DNA of 64,000 nt from Phoronis australis (lineage: Eukaryota; Animalia; Phoronida), in contig NMRA01000083.1 of assembly GCA_002633005.1 (NCBI GenBank), positions 587,161 to 651,160 on the forward strand, read 5' to 3'. The position numbers and the translations under genes are program-made. Positions 63,601 to 64,000 of the stretch are shown here, piece after piece; position 1 is the first letter of the stretch; the number at the start of each line of letters is the position of its first letter. Below the pieces are notes generated by a model. It worked only from the letters and a program-made list of their open reading frames with translations, did not search any database and had not been told where the DNA came from.

Positions 63601-64000
63601 GACAGCTATAGTCCACCCCCGTTCCCAATGACCTATTGACCTCTGTATACTGATTCTTTCTCCCTTTCTTTGCCATTGTTCCATTGGGCGTATTTCCATC
63701 ATCTGCCTTCCGTTTCTCTATAGTCCGCGTGCCTTCCTGGATATCGTGAGTTATGAGATGGTCATACATGTTCTGGTATGTGTCACACTTGAACACTAGA
63801 CACACGGAACATGGCACGGAGCCATCAGGCTGAGTATGGTTATCCAACAGGTGCTTAGCCAGCCACACAGGGCCCTGTGACACTTCCGAACAGAAGCTAC
63901 ACTGGTAACTCAAAATGCTCCGCGACGAAATTCCCTCTGGCCGCAATGGCTGCTCAGTACTTACGCCCCCGGTGGTATCATTTGCAACAAGTGACTGATT
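60626..64000 (-). CDS. ZNF423: ZNF423/ZNF521 (Oaz)-family multi-C2H2 zinc-finger transcription factor, 5'-partial
   Basis: >1100-codon uninterrupted frame open to the window end. Family-diagnostic fingers: [65 protein letters not shown] and [10 protein letters not shown]. Confidence 0.93.
   Translation of the reverse strand, partial: [1124 protein letters not shown]

Noticed and set aside
60713-63702. Short ORFs antisense or out of frame within the zinc-finger CDS
   Set aside because: Shadow ORFs of a long coding exon with no independent coding signal.
63944-63946. TTG start assigned by the ORF track to the zinc-finger protein
   Set aside because: The frame remains open for 18 more codons to the window edge; the true start is outside the window.

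Overview
AT-rich eukaryotic (invertebrate-like metazoan) genomic window, not prokaryotic. (1) A + strand gene reconstructed by hand from splice sites and codon phase: 23 coding exons, 7893-56885, about 1090 aa. The predicted scaffold has the order SAM-SAM-RA-RA-coiled coil-divergent PDZ-coiled coil-FIP-type Rab-binding domain, an architecture I do not recognise from any characterised protein. It includes a GC-AG intron. (2) The 3' part of a convergent ZNF423/ZNF521 (Oaz)-family zinc-finger gene on the - strand (60626 to beyond the window end), with an apparently triplicated C4 finger module. (3) The probable 5' end of a divergent gene at the left edge. Three apparent tandem duplications each abut a single 'n' and are most likely uncollapsed alleles. 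They expose allelic differences: a hAT-like MITE with both filled and empty sites, a 900-bp indel and a VNTR. The introns carry many non-autonomous DNA transposons (hAT-, Kolobok-, Harbinger-, Merlin- and Helentron-like) and minisatellites. All domain and family calls come from motif recognition by eye; no database search was run.
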